DNA from: a virus
Taxonomy: Duplodnaviria; Caudoviricetes
Virus record (IMG/VR): IMGVR_UViG_3300014205_000183
Reading direction: 5' to 3' (one strand)
Length of the DNA stretch: 64,000 nt
This document shows, piece after piece, positions 38,025 through 50,139 of this stretch; position 1 is the first letter of the stretch; every line of letters starts with the position of its first letter. The notes beneath the pieces were generated by a model that worked only from the letters and a program-made list of their open reading frames with translations, was not told the origin of the DNA and made no database searches. The position numbers were made by a program, and so were the translations under genes.

Positions 38025-38085
38025 TAGTTTTTTTTATTAAATCGTAAAATAAATTTATTACTTATTTTATTTTGTTATTTTTATG

Positions 38086-38115
38086 TTGACTTTTAATATT
38101 TGCATAGAGTATACT
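38086..38115 (+). promoter_or_regulatory. Divergent promoter
   Basis: TTGACT-18-TATACT with the shared upstream motif. Confidence 0.75.
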
Positions 38116-38147
38116 ATAAAGGTAAACAATTTAAAAGGAGGCTCGTA

Positions 38148-38591
38148 ATGGCAGATATAATGATACCGTATAGAAATCAAATCATAAGACACGATCGCAG
38201 TTTGGATAAATTTTATATCCTTAAGTCAAACATCATATCGCGCACAGGAGGATTTGACAGCCTAACAGAGGCACTTGATTACATTAAGGAAATAAAACGC
38301 AAGCCACTTAACATCCCAGTTGCCATTGTTGAGTATCATGGGAGCAAGGTAGTTAGAGGCCTCGTACAAGAGCATAGAAATGGATGGGTAACTGTGCGGG
38401 TGAATCCCGAGAGAGAAATCACTACAATACTGGAAAACGTATATCTGGATAATGAAACTAACCGTGAACAACTAAATTTACTGGATTGGGCATATACGAT
38501 TATTAACGCTAACGCTCAAGAAATACCCAGCATGCGTAAGAAATTGGTACCTTTCACGCCAACAACTAAAAAAAGTAAAAAAGCATTATAA
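38148..38591 (+). CDS. Hypothetical protein (paralog of next gene)
   Basis: AGGAGG RBS; GGF...DYI and VYLD motifs. Confidence 0.7.
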   Translation: MADIMIPYRNQIIRHDRSLDKFYILKSNIISRTGGFDSLTEALDYIKEIKRKPLNIPVAIVEYHGSKVVRGLVQEHRNGWVTVRVNPEREITTILENVYLDNETNREQLNLLDWAYTIINANAQEIPSMRKKLVPFTPTTKKSKKAL

Positions 38592-38602
38592 GGAGGTTCA
38601 TA

Positions 38603-39046
38603 ATGTCAGAAATAGAAATCCCTCACAAAAAACACACGATCAAATATAACCGGCATATTGAGTCATTTCAGGTGTACTCTGATAAAACTGGTAAGAGGAT
38701 AGGTGGCTTCAAGAAGCTACACACAGCTATAGACTATATTGACTCCCTCAGCCACAAGACAACGAACACCCCGGTTGTAGTCATATTTAACGATCGTTAT
38801 AAAGCTATGAGAGGCGTCGCAAAAAAATACAGTAGAGGGGTTGTGACTGTCGCTTTAGAAGGCGCACAAAAAGTCAATGTTAATGCGTCTTGTGTATATT
38901 TAGACGATGACAGTAATCACGATGAATTACAGTTCCTAGACAAGGTGTATGATGTCATCCACGTTAATCTGGCTACTGTGGATAAAATCAAAGCATATCT
39001 GACTCCTTTTAAGGCCACACACCGTGCCGTGGCCAGAGGTAAGTAA
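38603..39046 (+). CDS. Hypothetical protein (paralog of previous gene)
   Basis: AGGAGG RBS; shared motifs. Confidence 0.7.
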   Translation: MSEIEIPHKKHTIKYNRHIESFQVYSDKTGKRIGGFKKLHTAIDYIDSLSHKTTNTPVVVIFNDRYKAMRGVAKKYSRGVVTVALEGAQKVNVNASCVYLDDDSNHDELQFLDKVYDVIHVNLATVDKIKAYLTPFKATHRAVARGK

Positions 39047-39570
39047 TGGCAACATATACTCCGATTAATTTACCAGAAATGCAAGAACTGCTTAAAGTAG
39101 AGAAAGGTTGGGTCCTGGTGGAGCCGCCCGGCGCTGAATGTTACTTTGACTTTATACCCAAAAAATTAGCGGCGCTTCAAAGGCCACCCATAAAAAACCT
39201 AAAGGCTTCTGTAAAACCTCAGCAAGAGGTCACGGCCATAACTATTAGAGTGTACAGCACTATCGTGCATGGAGCTTCCAGAAGCTGCGGCACAGATGCT
39301 ATTAGAGTTTGTATTGTAGCAGCCATTACTAACAAGGATGCGGGAATTCTTAAAGGCATTCAAAGTTTTAAACGAGTACACCGCACCCAGAATTGGCGAG
39401 AAAATCTAACTGCGCGGGTAACCGAGGCATACGACTGGGCTAATAATAATATTCGATTCTGCCCAGACTGCGGGTCTGTATTAACGGTGCGACTTAGTAA
39501 CCAAGGTAAGCAGTTCTTCGGCTGCATACAATACCCACAATGTAAACACACAGAATCTATGAGGAAATAA
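39046..39570 (+). CDS. Protein with C-terminal topoisomerase-type C4 Zn ribbon
   Basis: GTDAIRV, RVHRT.NW; CPDCG..FFGCIQYPQC. Confidence 0.75.
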   Translation: MATYTPINLPEMQELLKVEKGWVLVEPPGAECYFDFIPKKLAALQRPPIKNLKASVKPQQEVTAITIRVYSTIVHGASRSCGTDAIRVCIVAAITNKDAGILKGIQSFKRVHRTQNWRENLTARVTEAYDWANNNIRFCPDCGSVLTVRLSNQGKQFFGCIQYPQCKHTESMRK

Positions 39571-39572
39571 CA

Positions 39573-40407
39573 ATGGGACTTAATCTAAGCATAGATAACA
39601 TATTTAAGCAGGCGTTAAATCGTGCCTGTAGAACGACTGCCTTAAAACAGGTTGGGGCACCCGCAGAGATCGTCGAGAGTGCCAGTCGCTTACTGTCAGA
39701 CTCTGTCGCAGCTGCCCGGGTGCTAACTTCCATCATAATGGCAGATATGAAGGCCCAGGCCATATATGCAATTAAACATAGTAACCCCTGCTGTTATTGC
39801 GGACATCATCAAGAAAAGCATCCTGGTATGGATATAGAAAACACTGACAGCTATGAATTCATATGCTATAAAGGGCATGAAATCCACAGTGATGAGGCAA
39901 TAATGGAGAAATCTGAGGGTTGCCTGGATTACACTCCTGAAGGGGCTATTTTAGACCGTGGGCACATTAAAGGTGAACTCGAGCGAGAAGAACAATATCA
40001 CTCAGAAACCTCTGCTGCCAGGGCATTCAGGGCCATAGGTCAAGCAATGGTGGATATGGCAAATAAAGAACTCGGAGAGTAATAAGATGGTAACCTTTAA
40101 AAACGAATTTACAAGAAGGCTTACCGCTATAGGGTTATATAAGCCTTTATCCGAAATAAAAGGTGTTGCTCTTGATCTATTTAAGGATATGGTCTCCGAG
40201 TTAAACCTCACAAATATTGATTTTAATAAAGTTAATTTTATAGTACCTGAAATGCGCACCATCGTTTTAAAAGGTAATGAGGAATTAGGCAGATACCCCT
40301 GTTATCAATGTGTGCCCGGGTGTCAAGTTTATCACACTGTGTATATGGATAAAATATTTGATATGTTACTTCCTGATGTAAATCAGAATTTTAAGGAGGC
40401 AGTATGA
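39573..40407 (+). CDS. Two hypothetical ORFs (39573-40082, 40087-40407)
   Basis: ORF track; RBSs. Confidence 0.6.
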
Positions 40408-42041
40408 AGTGGTTTCTTCGCTTAAGACAGAGATTAGCTGATCTAATTAAACCAGAACCTGAACAGCTAATTCAAATAGAACCTGCGGAAACGGAAATTG
40501 ATGTAACCTTGAAAGACGCGCAGTATGCTGATAAATGTATAAAAGAATTACAGCAAATGTCACCTGGAAACGCTGCGACGTCCGCAGAAACCTTGACGGA
40601 AAGCACAATACAACAAAATGCTGAAGGACCTACCAGCGAATCTAAAACAAAAAGGGAAAAAAAGAAAGCAGACCCAAATCAACAAAACTTATTTGAACCT
40701 CATGACGAAGAAGCCGCCCAAAAAGAAAGACGAGCAAAAACTCATAAAAATGCCTGGGATACATTTGCTGCGGCGGTTAACAATAAAGATATTGCACTCA
40801 TTGAAGATTCCCCAGACGAGCAGATAAATAAGGTAAAGAGTATCAATGCAATAAAACCAGGAGATCTACTAAAAAATATAGTCACCCCCAAAAAACCTAG
40901 TGCGGATGCTACTCCGCCAATACCCATTACTGTTGACAAGGAAGAACAAAATAAAGAAGAAAATAAGATATCCACAAACTGTCGTAAGTGGTCTATCAAA
41001 TGGCTAGCCAATAACAATGAAGGATGCATAGCTAATAAACAAATACCTCTCAAATATGCAATTATACATGTATCAGAAACGAGTATCACCATCACCCACA
41101 AATTGTACACCCTATTTTTTAAAAATACGGACGGGCGATTTAATGTTTACTTGACCGACGACAAACAAGTTTTAAAAATAGCGCCCAATATAATGGGTAG
41201 GTTCAAATGGCTTAAAAAAGAGAAGAGACGTAAGTATGTCCATAATATATCTATATCGTCACGTGGGTTAATATCACATATAGTCCCAGGTACTGGTTAT
41301 GTGCCTGAAGAAATTGAAAACCAGTTAGTTGTTAAATTGGTATTAAAAAACCCAGTAAGAGACTCGATAGTCCAAGAAGAAGAAGAAGAAGAAGAACAAC
41401 CTAAGCCAATAGTATCCTCGTCAACGGAGGTCATGACACAAAGACCGGCAGTAAAAACAGTATTCACACCCGAAGTGTCGGTAATGCCCCCATCTAAGGC
41501 ATACCCTACAACTACAGAAGAAACTGTTATACCCCCACCTCCCCAATGTGAGCCAGAAAGATCTAAAAACCACGGTTGGGATAAGCCATATGTACCCCCC
41601 ACAACAATAAAAAATAACGAACCAGTCAGCACAAACACCACAAGCACACCAGCTAAGGAAGCTGAGACCACGGTAGTAGCTGCGTATGCACCAAAACTAG
41701 ATCCTGTAACTAAACGAGTTGTGCATCTCACAAAATGCGAGGCATATAATCAAGATACACCTCTAAACCCCTTGCAACTTGAGATCGTGCGTGGGCATCC
41801 TGAATTTCAAGCATTTATAGAATGCTACCCAAAAAAAGAGGATATAGAGCCTGCGTTAAGGGAATGGAATAAACTGATTAAAAATAAGGGTAAGGATGCT
41901 GCTATTATACTGTTACAAACTATCCTACCTATATTAGCAAAACAAAATGCGTCTATCTCCTGGAATGAAGCCTTTCCTAAATATATAAAATCTCCTAAAA
42001 GCTATTTAGCAGATAAGCTCTGGACAAACACAGTAAGGTAA
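40404..42041 (+). CDS. Large low-complexity protein with a phage replication-protein-like C-terminus
   Basis: F..F..CYPKK...A...W...YIKSPKSYL. Confidence 0.6.
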   Translation: MKWFLRLRQRLADLIKPEPEQLIQIEPAETEIDVTLKDAQYADKCIKELQQMSPGNAATSAETLTESTIQQNAEGPTSESKTKREKKKADPNQQNLFEPHDEEAAQKERRAKTHKNAWDTFAAAVNNKDIALIEDSPDEQINKVKSINAIKPGDLLKNIVTPKKPSADATPPIPITVDKEEQNKEENKISTNCRKWSIKWLANNNEGCIANKQIPLKYAIIHVSETSITITHKLYTLFFKNTDGRFNVYLTDDKQVLKIAPNIMGRFKWLKKEKRRKYVHNISISSRGLISHIVPGTGYVPEEIENQLVVKLVLKNPVRDSIVQEEEEEEEQPKPIVSSSTEVMTQRPAVKTVFTPEVSVMPPSKAYPTTTEETVIPPPPQCEPERSKNHGWDKPYVPPTTIKNNEPVSTNTTSTPAKEAETTVVAAYAPKLDPVTKRVVHLTKCEAYNQDTPLNPLQLEIVRGHPEFQAFIECYPKKEDIEPALREWNKLIKNKGKDAAIILLQTILPILAKQNASISWNEAFPKYIKSPKSYLADKLWTNTVR

Positions 42042-42249
42042 GCATGGAATTCTTTAATCACACACAAAAACAGTATATCCAAGATGTAGTTACGCTGCCT
42101 ATGCGGGACTTCTTGCAGAAGCACCTTAAGTTAACCAAAACACAACGAGGATGCCCTAAACTTAAATTACGTATTCAACTGGCTATTGCAGATGCTCTGG
42201 CCACAGAAGAAGCCCGACAAGAACAACAGAACAGATAAAGGAAAATAGT

Positions 42250-43122
42250 ATGAAAGATAAATTTACAGCTAAATGGATCATGGAAGTTGGTATCCCTATT
42301 GTGGAATCCTATGGGGGCAATATCACACTACGCGCCCTACACTACCAGCTTGTAGCTTTAGGTATGACTAATGATGTATCCCACTATAAGAAAGTTGTTT
42401 CTGCGATGATAACCGCCCGCTGGGAAGGTCGCGTGGCTTTTGATGCCTTCTTAGACCATGAACGTGGCTCCATAGGTACCACTGAGTACGAGCAAACCAA
42501 TGTGAAAGATTCCGCGGATACCGCCAAAAAGCAGATCCAAGCATGGGCAACCAGCTACAGAAAGAATCGCTGGGAAAATCAGCCGATATATCCTGAAGTT
42601 TTTATCGAAAAAAAGGCACTACAAGGCGTGTTCTCGGCCCCTTGTAAGTCCTGGGACGTGGCACTCAACCCTTGCAAAGGTTACCCATCCTTAACCTTCT
42701 TGTATGATTGTAAAAAACGTTTTGATACCGCTATAGATTTGAAAAAAACTCCTATTATTCTATACTTTGGTGATTATGATTGTTCGGGAGAAGATATTCC
42801 TCGAAGCATTGCCAATACCCTCGACAGAATGGGCACACCTGTAGAGGTGCGACGTATTGCACTAATGGAAGAACAGGTTGTCGCCTGGAAACTCCCGCCG
42901 GCCCCCACAAAAACACAAGATACTAGAAGCCATAACTGGTCAGGGTTAGGGCAAGTAGAGTTAGATGCTGTAGAACCCAGGAAAATAGTAAAACTATGTG
43001 AAGAAGCTCTTGAAGGTATTTTTGATGCAGATCTGTATGCGGATCTATTGGAGTTAGAGTTGACTGAAAAGAATGCATTTAAAAAGATCTTAAAAAAAGA
43101 TTTTAAGTCATTACTTGATTAA
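42250..43122 (+). CDS. Topo VI-A/JetD-like TOPRIM protein with N-terminal winged helix
   Basis: TLRALHYQL, EVFIEKKAL, KGYPS, ILYFGDYDCSGEDI, ELDA. Confidence 0.78.
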   Translation: MKDKFTAKWIMEVGIPIVESYGGNITLRALHYQLVALGMTNDVSHYKKVVSAMITARWEGRVAFDAFLDHERGSIGTTEYEQTNVKDSADTAKKQIQAWATSYRKNRWENQPIYPEVFIEKKALQGVFSAPCKSWDVALNPCKGYPSLTFLYDCKKRFDTAIDLKKTPIILYFGDYDCSGEDIPRSIANTLDRMGTPVEVRRIALMEEQVVAWKLPPAPTKTQDTRSHNWSGLGQVELDAVEPRKIVKLCEEALEGIFDADLYADLLELELTEKNAFKKILKKDFKSLLD

Positions 43123-43136
43123 AGAGGATAATAGCT

Positions 43137-43451
43137 ATGGCTGATGGATTAAGAGGTAGGTTGTACTATGTACAAGATTCTCGCAGTTATGTCGGAAATG
43201 ATGTTCTATGGTGGGGCCGCAATAGCGCGGGCTACACCACCAATATTGATGAGGCCGAGGTGTATACTGATTTAGAGATAGGCACCTTCAGGGATACCGA
43301 TATTCCCTGGCCATTTGATTACATCAATCGCATTGCCCGACGAGCGGTAGACCACCAAAAACTGGAAAGACGCATGAGTCCTGCGCTTAATAAGCTGGAT
43401 AATAAAACGGTAAAACTAAATAAAGCAGATACCAAAAAGAGGCAAAGATAA
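43137..43451 (+). CDS. Hypothetical phage protein
   Basis: QDSRSYVGNDVLWW..GYTT. Confidence 0.65.
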   Translation: MADGLRGRLYYVQDSRSYVGNDVLWWGRNSAGYTTNIDEAEVYTDLEIGTFRDTDIPWPFDYINRIARRAVDHQKLERRMSPALNKLDNKTVKLNKADTKKRQR

Positions 43452-44044
43452 TGGAGAAGGTGTCTTTACCAGATATGGAGCAGGGGCAATGGCGAGTTGA
43501 GAAATTTACCACCGTCAAAATCTGCTGGGCATCCGAGAAAGCTGGGCGGCATGTACCGGTAGGACAAACCTTTACTCGACTATTATTTGACGGACAGCTC
43601 CTCATGTCAGACACTCCAGCAGAACAGAACGATCATCGTCTACCTATAATAAAAGCTACAGGGGACTGTATGCTGCATGGACTGGGTTTAGGCCTCGTCT
43701 TAAAAAACATATTATTGAAACCCGAAGTACAAACAGTCACAGTTATTGAGTCCAGTCAGACTCTGATAGACTTAATTGCACCGCATTACTCAGACCCCCG
43801 GGTAGTATTTATCAATGCTGATGCCTTGACTTATAAACCTCCCAAATGTCAAAGATACCACATGGTATGGTCTGATATCTGGCCAACGATAACAATGGAT
43901 AATCTTAAAACCATGGGTATTTTGCACCGAAAATACGGTAAGCGTGCTGATTGGCATGGCTGCTGGTGTCATTATGAATGCCTACGCTTAAAACGTAAGC
44001 ATAACGAACGGATTAACTTTTTACGTCAGATAGGACTAGAGTAA
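43451..44044 (+). CDS. Spermidine-synthase-like SAM-binding protein
   Basis: LMSDTPAE, GLGLG, VTVIE, ADAL, WSDIW. Confidence 0.8.
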   Translation: MEKVSLPDMEQGQWRVEKFTTVKICWASEKAGRHVPVGQTFTRLLFDGQLLMSDTPAEQNDHRLPIIKATGDCMLHGLGLGLVLKNILLKPEVQTVTVIESSQTLIDLIAPHYSDPRVVFINADALTYKPPKCQRYHMVWSDIWPTITMDNLKTMGILHRKYGKRADWHGCWCHYECLRLKRKHNERINFLRQIGLE

Positions 44045-44055
44045 TTAATATGAAC

Positions 44056-45004
44056 GAATTATTAGAAGATGATTGCCCACCTTGGTGAAAGACGCAGACA
44101 CAATAAATATTAACTTTATGAGGTGAACACATGTTAACAAATACAGGCATAAAACCCCACCATAGTGGAGACTATTTAGACTATTTACTTAAAGATCACA
44201 CTCCCCAACTACAACAAGGAAAGTTTACATACAGTTGCTGCGGAAGACTAGCCCAGGAAGGTATCAACCAGTGGCCACAAGAAGCTAGCTGCCCCGTCTG
44301 CGTAGCGAAGGTATCTTTTATTGGTGTGGGTGGTTATCGCACATATGAGCGAGATGGTGACGGTTGGAGAGACGACGCGGCCTGGTGGTCAGAAGTACTG
44401 GACCCCAAAACATTCCCAAGCACTCGAGACCTTTTAAACTATATCCATATTGGACGACATCAGGAATGGTTCCGACTATTCAAACAAGTATGTGCAGAAA
44501 TAACAGACACAAAATCTAACTGGTGTAATCTTAACGACTATGCAAATTATAAAAAACTCAAGGAAAATAAAAATCGCGGTCAAGAGTGGGAATATAAGGC
44601 GGTCGCGCTATTGGAAAAACTATTAATCATAGAGCCGCAATTAATAGGCGAGCAAACCAAGGTAAAACCTTACAAAGTAACACATAAAAAAGATGTTAAC
44701 TGGTCTCTTCAGGCCTACTATGATGCACACATGCAGCTACTATCTTTACTAAATCAATATACAGTTTTCACACAAGCTCCTCTGGATGCCAAAATTACTG
44801 TAGTAGAGCTATCAGAGGATGCCCTGTTACTGTTGGATGAAATGGATATTCGAGAATCGTTCTTATGGGTGATTTTAAGTAATCAACAAAAAATAAACCA
44901 AGTCTTATTTAACACAATGCAAACTGTGATAGAACACATGCGCCGAGCCGGTATGGAGTTAATAGGATGAGTGAATTATTAGAAGATGATTGCCCACCTT
45001 GGTG
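44056..45004 (+). repeat. 32-bp exact direct repeat (44056-44087 and 44973-45004) flanking one gene
   Basis: GAATTATTAGAAGATGATTGCCCACCTTGGTG occurs twice. Confidence 0.9.
44131..44970 (+). CDS. Hypothetical protein
   Basis: GAGGTG RBS; 279 aa. Confidence 0.7.
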   Translation: MLTNTGIKPHHSGDYLDYLLKDHTPQLQQGKFTYSCCGRLAQEGINQWPQEASCPVCVAKVSFIGVGGYRTYERDGDGWRDDAAWWSEVLDPKTFPSTRDLLNYIHIGRHQEWFRLFKQVCAEITDTKSNWCNLNDYANYKKLKENKNRGQEWEYKAVALLEKLLIIEPQLIGEQTKVKPYKVTHKKDVNWSLQAYYDAHMQLLSLLNQYTVFTQAPLDAKITVVELSEDALLLLDEMDIRESFLWVILSNQQKINQVLFNTMQTVIEHMRRAGMELIG

Positions 45005-46367
45005 TAAGGGTCACGGCAAACCAGAGTATATACTATGTGCTGCAAACCATTACGACGATGGACTCAAATATGACCACCAACCAAGAAACATACAGCAAGG
45101 GTTCGTTATTACGGGAAGGCGTCATCACAACTGCATATTGACATTCTCAGTTATAGCTAAATTAAAAGACCCTGAAGGAATGAAAAAACTACCTTGTATA
45201 CAAGGGTTCTTAACTAGCAAAGATAGATTCTTAAATAGACAAGATAGCTATGATCTGGCCATCACATGTGGCCAACTTAAAGGTGAAGCAATTAAAAAAG
45301 TACGCACAGTGTTAATGAGTGAAGACTTATGGTAAGGAGATTTCATGGGTAAACTAAAAAAAGAAACAGCAACCTGCCGAAAGTGTAAAAATGTACTACA
45401 CTTCGCGCAATTTCAAGGTATGCGGATTATTGAAGATGGCTTGTTAGCTGCGCGATGCATCATCTGTGGCGCACATTATACGATGCCCCCTGCACCCCCG
45501 AACGAAAAAGAGGAGGGTATAAAATCTAAGTCATGGGCACAAGGAGATAAACGTGTAAACGCTTATATGCCTCCCATAACCAGGGCACTAAACGCTGCGG
45601 GCTTAACTGAATTTGATGCTCGCCGAAAGGGAGTATATAATGCATGCTACCAAGCGGTATTCAAAGCAATAAGAGACTATACAGGAGATATAGGATGAGA
45701 CATAACTTTGCAGATAAAAAATACACCGTTGTATTTGACGAAGAGACAGCTTTATTTGAAGCACTTCGACATGGGGAACCTTGGCGAGACTTATGCGGTG
45801 ACGGGCTAATCTTAGCCATGCTACAAGAAGTGGATCATCTCAAAGAACAATTAGCGGCGGCCAATGCCTGGATACCTTGTGCAGACAGACTACCAGAAGC
45901 AGATGGTGAATATATTGCACACTATAAGTGGTCGGACAAAAGTCCCTTCGCAGCGTTCAACGACAGCGCCCAGGCTAATAACTGTGTACTGGCAATATTT
46001 AGAAATGGACATTGGCAGACTGATACCCGGCGCATCACACACTGGCGAGCAAAACCAACACCTCCACCAAGGAGCACAAATGAAACTGGTAATTGAGATA
46101 GAAACTAAAAATCAAAAAATTATTCTACAGGAACTACAAGATATCTATATACAAGTTAAGCAGGAACTAGCATCTCCTGCCTGCAAAGGTTGTAAGGCTT
46201 GTAAGGACCCTAAAAAAGGTTGTATCGTAGGAGGAGGTAACTCTGAACCCCGCGTGGCGCTGGAATCTAGGTGGCAGCTTTCTCGAAAATATATAGAACA
46301 CAAGAAAATATGTACGTCGAAAAATAAAAAACCAGGGGTGGTAGTATACACTATATATACTAGTTGA
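44967..46367 (+). CDS. Four hypothetical ORFs (44967-45335; 45345-45698; 45695-46096 DUF551-like C-terminus; 46080-46367)
   Basis: Coupled ORFs; WIPCADRLPE...ITHW. Confidence 0.6.
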
Positions 46368-46421
46368 CATTTGCTGCATATTGATTATATTATAATCTGA
46401 CTGCTATTTGAAATAATTGAC

Positions 46422-46772
46422 GTGGGCGCATTGGTTTCGACTGGTAAGGGAGATCAGGGCTTGCATGCAGAGGATGATAGTTGGCCTCTTTAATCACTCT
46501 ATTAAGTAATAACTAACAACGATAAAGTTGTTTCTTTGGCTATACGCCAGAGCGCAGCGATTGAAGCCTGCTTCATGGCTTCTCTTGCCAGTGTAAAAGC
46601 AAATGAAGAATTCCGCGCAGCTGCCTAAGCTCGTGTAGGTCTTATCAAATAGTGCTGCTGAGGGTCAGGTTTTGTCCGAAACACCACCTCAGAGTAAGCT
46701 AAGAATCGGAATAAGCATGTAGAAGTTTTGGTTAAAGTTAACAGGACGCGAGTTCGATTCTCGCCGCCTACA
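46422..46772 (+). ncRNA. ssrA: tmRNA
   Basis: GUGGGCG...UUCGAC 5' end; GGACGCGAGUUCGAUUCUCGCCGCCUACA 3' end with G3-U70; pk1; AUAACU resume context; tag ORF 46515-46628 ending RAAA; TTGACA upstream. Confidence 0.92.
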
Positions 46773-46783
46773 TTTTTCTCATT

Positions 46784-46829
46784 AGCCTGGGCTGCCTAAG
46801 TAAACAATAAGCAGCTTCCAGGCTTTTTT
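46784..46829 (+). terminator. Terminator after tmRNA
   Basis: AGCCTGG/CCAGGCT stem plus U tract. Confidence 0.7.
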
Positions 46830-49800
46830 ATTTTATAGCCATCTCTTCGGGGTCAGAGGATATACCTCGCAAATTATCTGTGCGGCCACAACCTGGACCT
46901 GGTAATTTTGAAAACAACTTAAGCAGCTTCATGTCCAGCCTAGACGGACTACGATAGAAGGTATCACAGCGACACATGCAGGTGTCTGCCTGCCTGTTGC
47001 CCCAATCAAAAGGAGGCTGGGTATTAATTAACTCTGTCACTGAATACTCGCATGAGTATCAAATTTTATTTTACTAATAGCGGCTGGATTGCCGTAGCCT
47101 ATATTCACCCATTCAGCGTATTCCAGATCATAACTGAGCGGCAATATATAATTACCGCACATGGCGCACGCCCCATCCCCGGAATTAAGGCCGATACTGG
47201 TTACAACCGCCTTAACAATGCCTCGAAAGGTTATACAACCTACCTCCATACCTAACATCAGGTCTTCTCGACCGAGCTTACTATTTATATTGGTAAAAGC
47301 AGCATGCGGATTCTCAAAAGCAGCATCGGCCTCCACTAAACCCCACCGCACAATTCGACAACCAATCCTCTCCTTTACTGTCCAATTTAGAATACCCATG
47401 TCAGTACCAACGAGTATGCCCTGCCGGGGAGGTATATCACCCACAAATTCACCGGGTTCTGGGACCATCTCGACCTTATGAACTGTTTTATCGTACACGA
47501 GTCGTCTCCTTTGTTAGCTTCTCATATTCAAGCTCACAGCAATCCCATACGCCACACTTAGGACATTTGGTACTCGTACATGAACCCTCAAAAGAGGCGT
47601 CAGCTTGCAAATCTGTGTGTGTGAAAGTAGCCCCACATTTGTAACACTCCACCTTCGTAGGCACGTACTTACACAGAAAATCAGGTGCAGGCGTCAACCA
47701 AGCTATATTCTGAGTATCTTTCTCTTCTCTTTTATCAAGCTGCCACACATCTATTTTGCCATCCCATAACTGTCGCAAGCATTCATGCCTGCCCCCATAT
47801 GGTTTAAGCGCCATATCTATATCCCTCTCAGTTGATAAAATCTTATAGCTAGTAACCCGGCCATCCACCAAATCTTGTAGTACAAACTCTCTGGAGGTAG
47901 GAGGTGTTGTGGGTGTATTTTTCCCTTTTAATATTGTCTGTTCTATATCCTGAACCACAAGCTGTGTAATATATACATGTGATTTTCCTTGTACTGTTTT
48001 ATTAGTTCTGCCTGCATCTGGGTTGCGCTTTATTGACTTTTTGTTAATCCTTATTAGGTATGCTATTGGCGTTCGATCTTTAAACTTTTTCATCACGTGC
48101 TCTCTCTGTAGATTGATATTTCCAGCAGGTTAATATTTAAAAATAATAAATGTATTGAGAATTTAGGGTTAGGCTCCATGTCAAACAAATCCAGGTTTAT
48201 ATTAAACTCAAAGAAAGATACCCCATCCTTAAAGTCTCTAATAAAATAAAATCCCGCCAGCTCAAAAACCCAACCACCAGGTAATGGGAACCATATGACA
48301 TTCATAATTAACACGAGAAGTGGGTTTGCGCTGTGGGTTCATAAAATCGGAAAGTGGTACTGCGCAGAAACTCCTCCCATATGGATAAAGGCATAGTATC
48401 AGTACACCCATCAAGCAAGTTGACTATCCGCAGCTCCTCCAGGCGAGGCATACTTCCCGTATTTTGCAATAACAGCTCTTGAAATTTGTTGCGTGCCATA
48501 ATGTCAACTCTCTTCTTTTGGTAACTCTTCAACCTCAACACTAATTGTCACCTGCTTATTATTGAGAATACCTGTGCCCTCAACTTTAAACTCAGACCAA
48601 TTTACACCTGCTCCGGCCACTCCGGCCAGAATGTCATTAACGCTTTTCTGTTCATCCGCCATATTAGCTCCTTATTTATAAATACTAATTAGTAAACAAT
48701 CAAGTGCACACACTAATCCTACAATAGTTGCCAGGATCATCATCCGATACAACCGCCTGTACCAAAACACAATCGACATTAAAAATCAGCTACTGCGGCT
48801 ATAGGAAGCAACTGTAGTAAATCTTCTGGGGTTAACAAGGTCATTGAGTCATCACCATCCTCGTCACCATCTCCGCAGTAGTGTGGACGTGTTCCCTGAT
48901 GGCTTGTAGTTCCTTTATAATATCATTAACAGCAGCCTCTATGTTGTAACCCTCTTCATTCATAACAGTGCTAGGGGCGACTACTTTTGCTTGTGCATCT
49001 GCAATACGTGCATGCAGCTCTTCCTCAGATACTCCTACAAGCCTCAAGGTATGCCCATTTTTAAATGATAATACAAGGTCTGATTTAAAATCAAATGCAG
49101 CACCCAACACTGGCTTTGCCTGCGGCTCTAACTCGGTTACTGTGGATATATCGGTAGGGTCAAAACTCTGCTGACCGTTGATTCTAATTAACATCGACTC
49201 CCCTTACTTAGATAAGCGTTTAGCCTGCTATTGAATTCATATCTGCATTAAGCCCTATGTTAATATCATGTATGACTGAATGTAGTAACTGCTGCTGTAT
49301 GGCCGGGTCTTGAGAACTGGCCTCAATGGTTCGAATAGCTCCACTCTTCATACTAATATTGATCACTTTCACCTTTGTAGATGAGGTCACCATACCTTCT
49401 CGCTTGGTTTCCTGAACTTCCTCCGCCTCCTCGACTGCTTCTATATTAAGTGGATTGACAAACATTCCACCTAAGTTAACCATTGCTGCCATGGGCTTGC
49501 TCCTTAGATCTAATATTTACAACCGGTGCAGGTGTCGCCTGGGGCTTAGGTGCAGAGGGTGGAGTACCTACTCCCTGACTATTCTCTTTTGGAGGTTGTT
49601 GTCTCCTGTTATAAGTAGATTTGGCCGGGCGCTCCTGTTGAATGTGGGTGTCAGGGTAATCAGGAACCCACATAGCGGTCTCATTATTCATTATTTTTAA
49701 TATTACTTGTTCACCAACTTTTAAGGAGTCAATCACTTTAACAGGTGAGCGGTCATCCCAGATCTCCGTGATAAAGCCAGCCTGAGCCATAAGCTCTATA

Positions 49801-50139
49801 ATGATATACCGCTGATTTTTAAAACCACTTATCCGACCGCAGGCTACTATACGCCCCCTATTGGTGCGATCCAATACCAGGTCAAATGCTCGACGGAGAT
49901 TATTGCTCATCCGCATCATCCTCGTCAACCGGAATTGGCAATTCTCCTAGACCCCGTATGGAAAGCTCTTCGGGGTCTGCATCATCATCGTAGTTGCCTG
50001 CTGATGCCATAGCGTCATCTTCAGCAGCCAGAGCATCGATCTCCTCCTCAATATCTTGTGGATCGATGTCATCAATATCCATACTTGAAAAATCATCAGG
50101 GTCACGTGGCATATATCCTCCTATTAAAATAATGTTCAC
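46828..50139 (-). CDS. Block of about 10 small hypothetical ORFs (46828-47040, 47037-47498, 47488-48096, 48093-48314, 48308-~48500, 48841-49194, 49220-49492, 49476-~49909, 49900-50112 acidic)
   Basis: ORF track; overlapping starts/stops. Confidence 0.55.

Noticed and set aside
41374-41396. (GAA)n run
   Set aside because: In-frame poly-Glu linker; not a contingency locus
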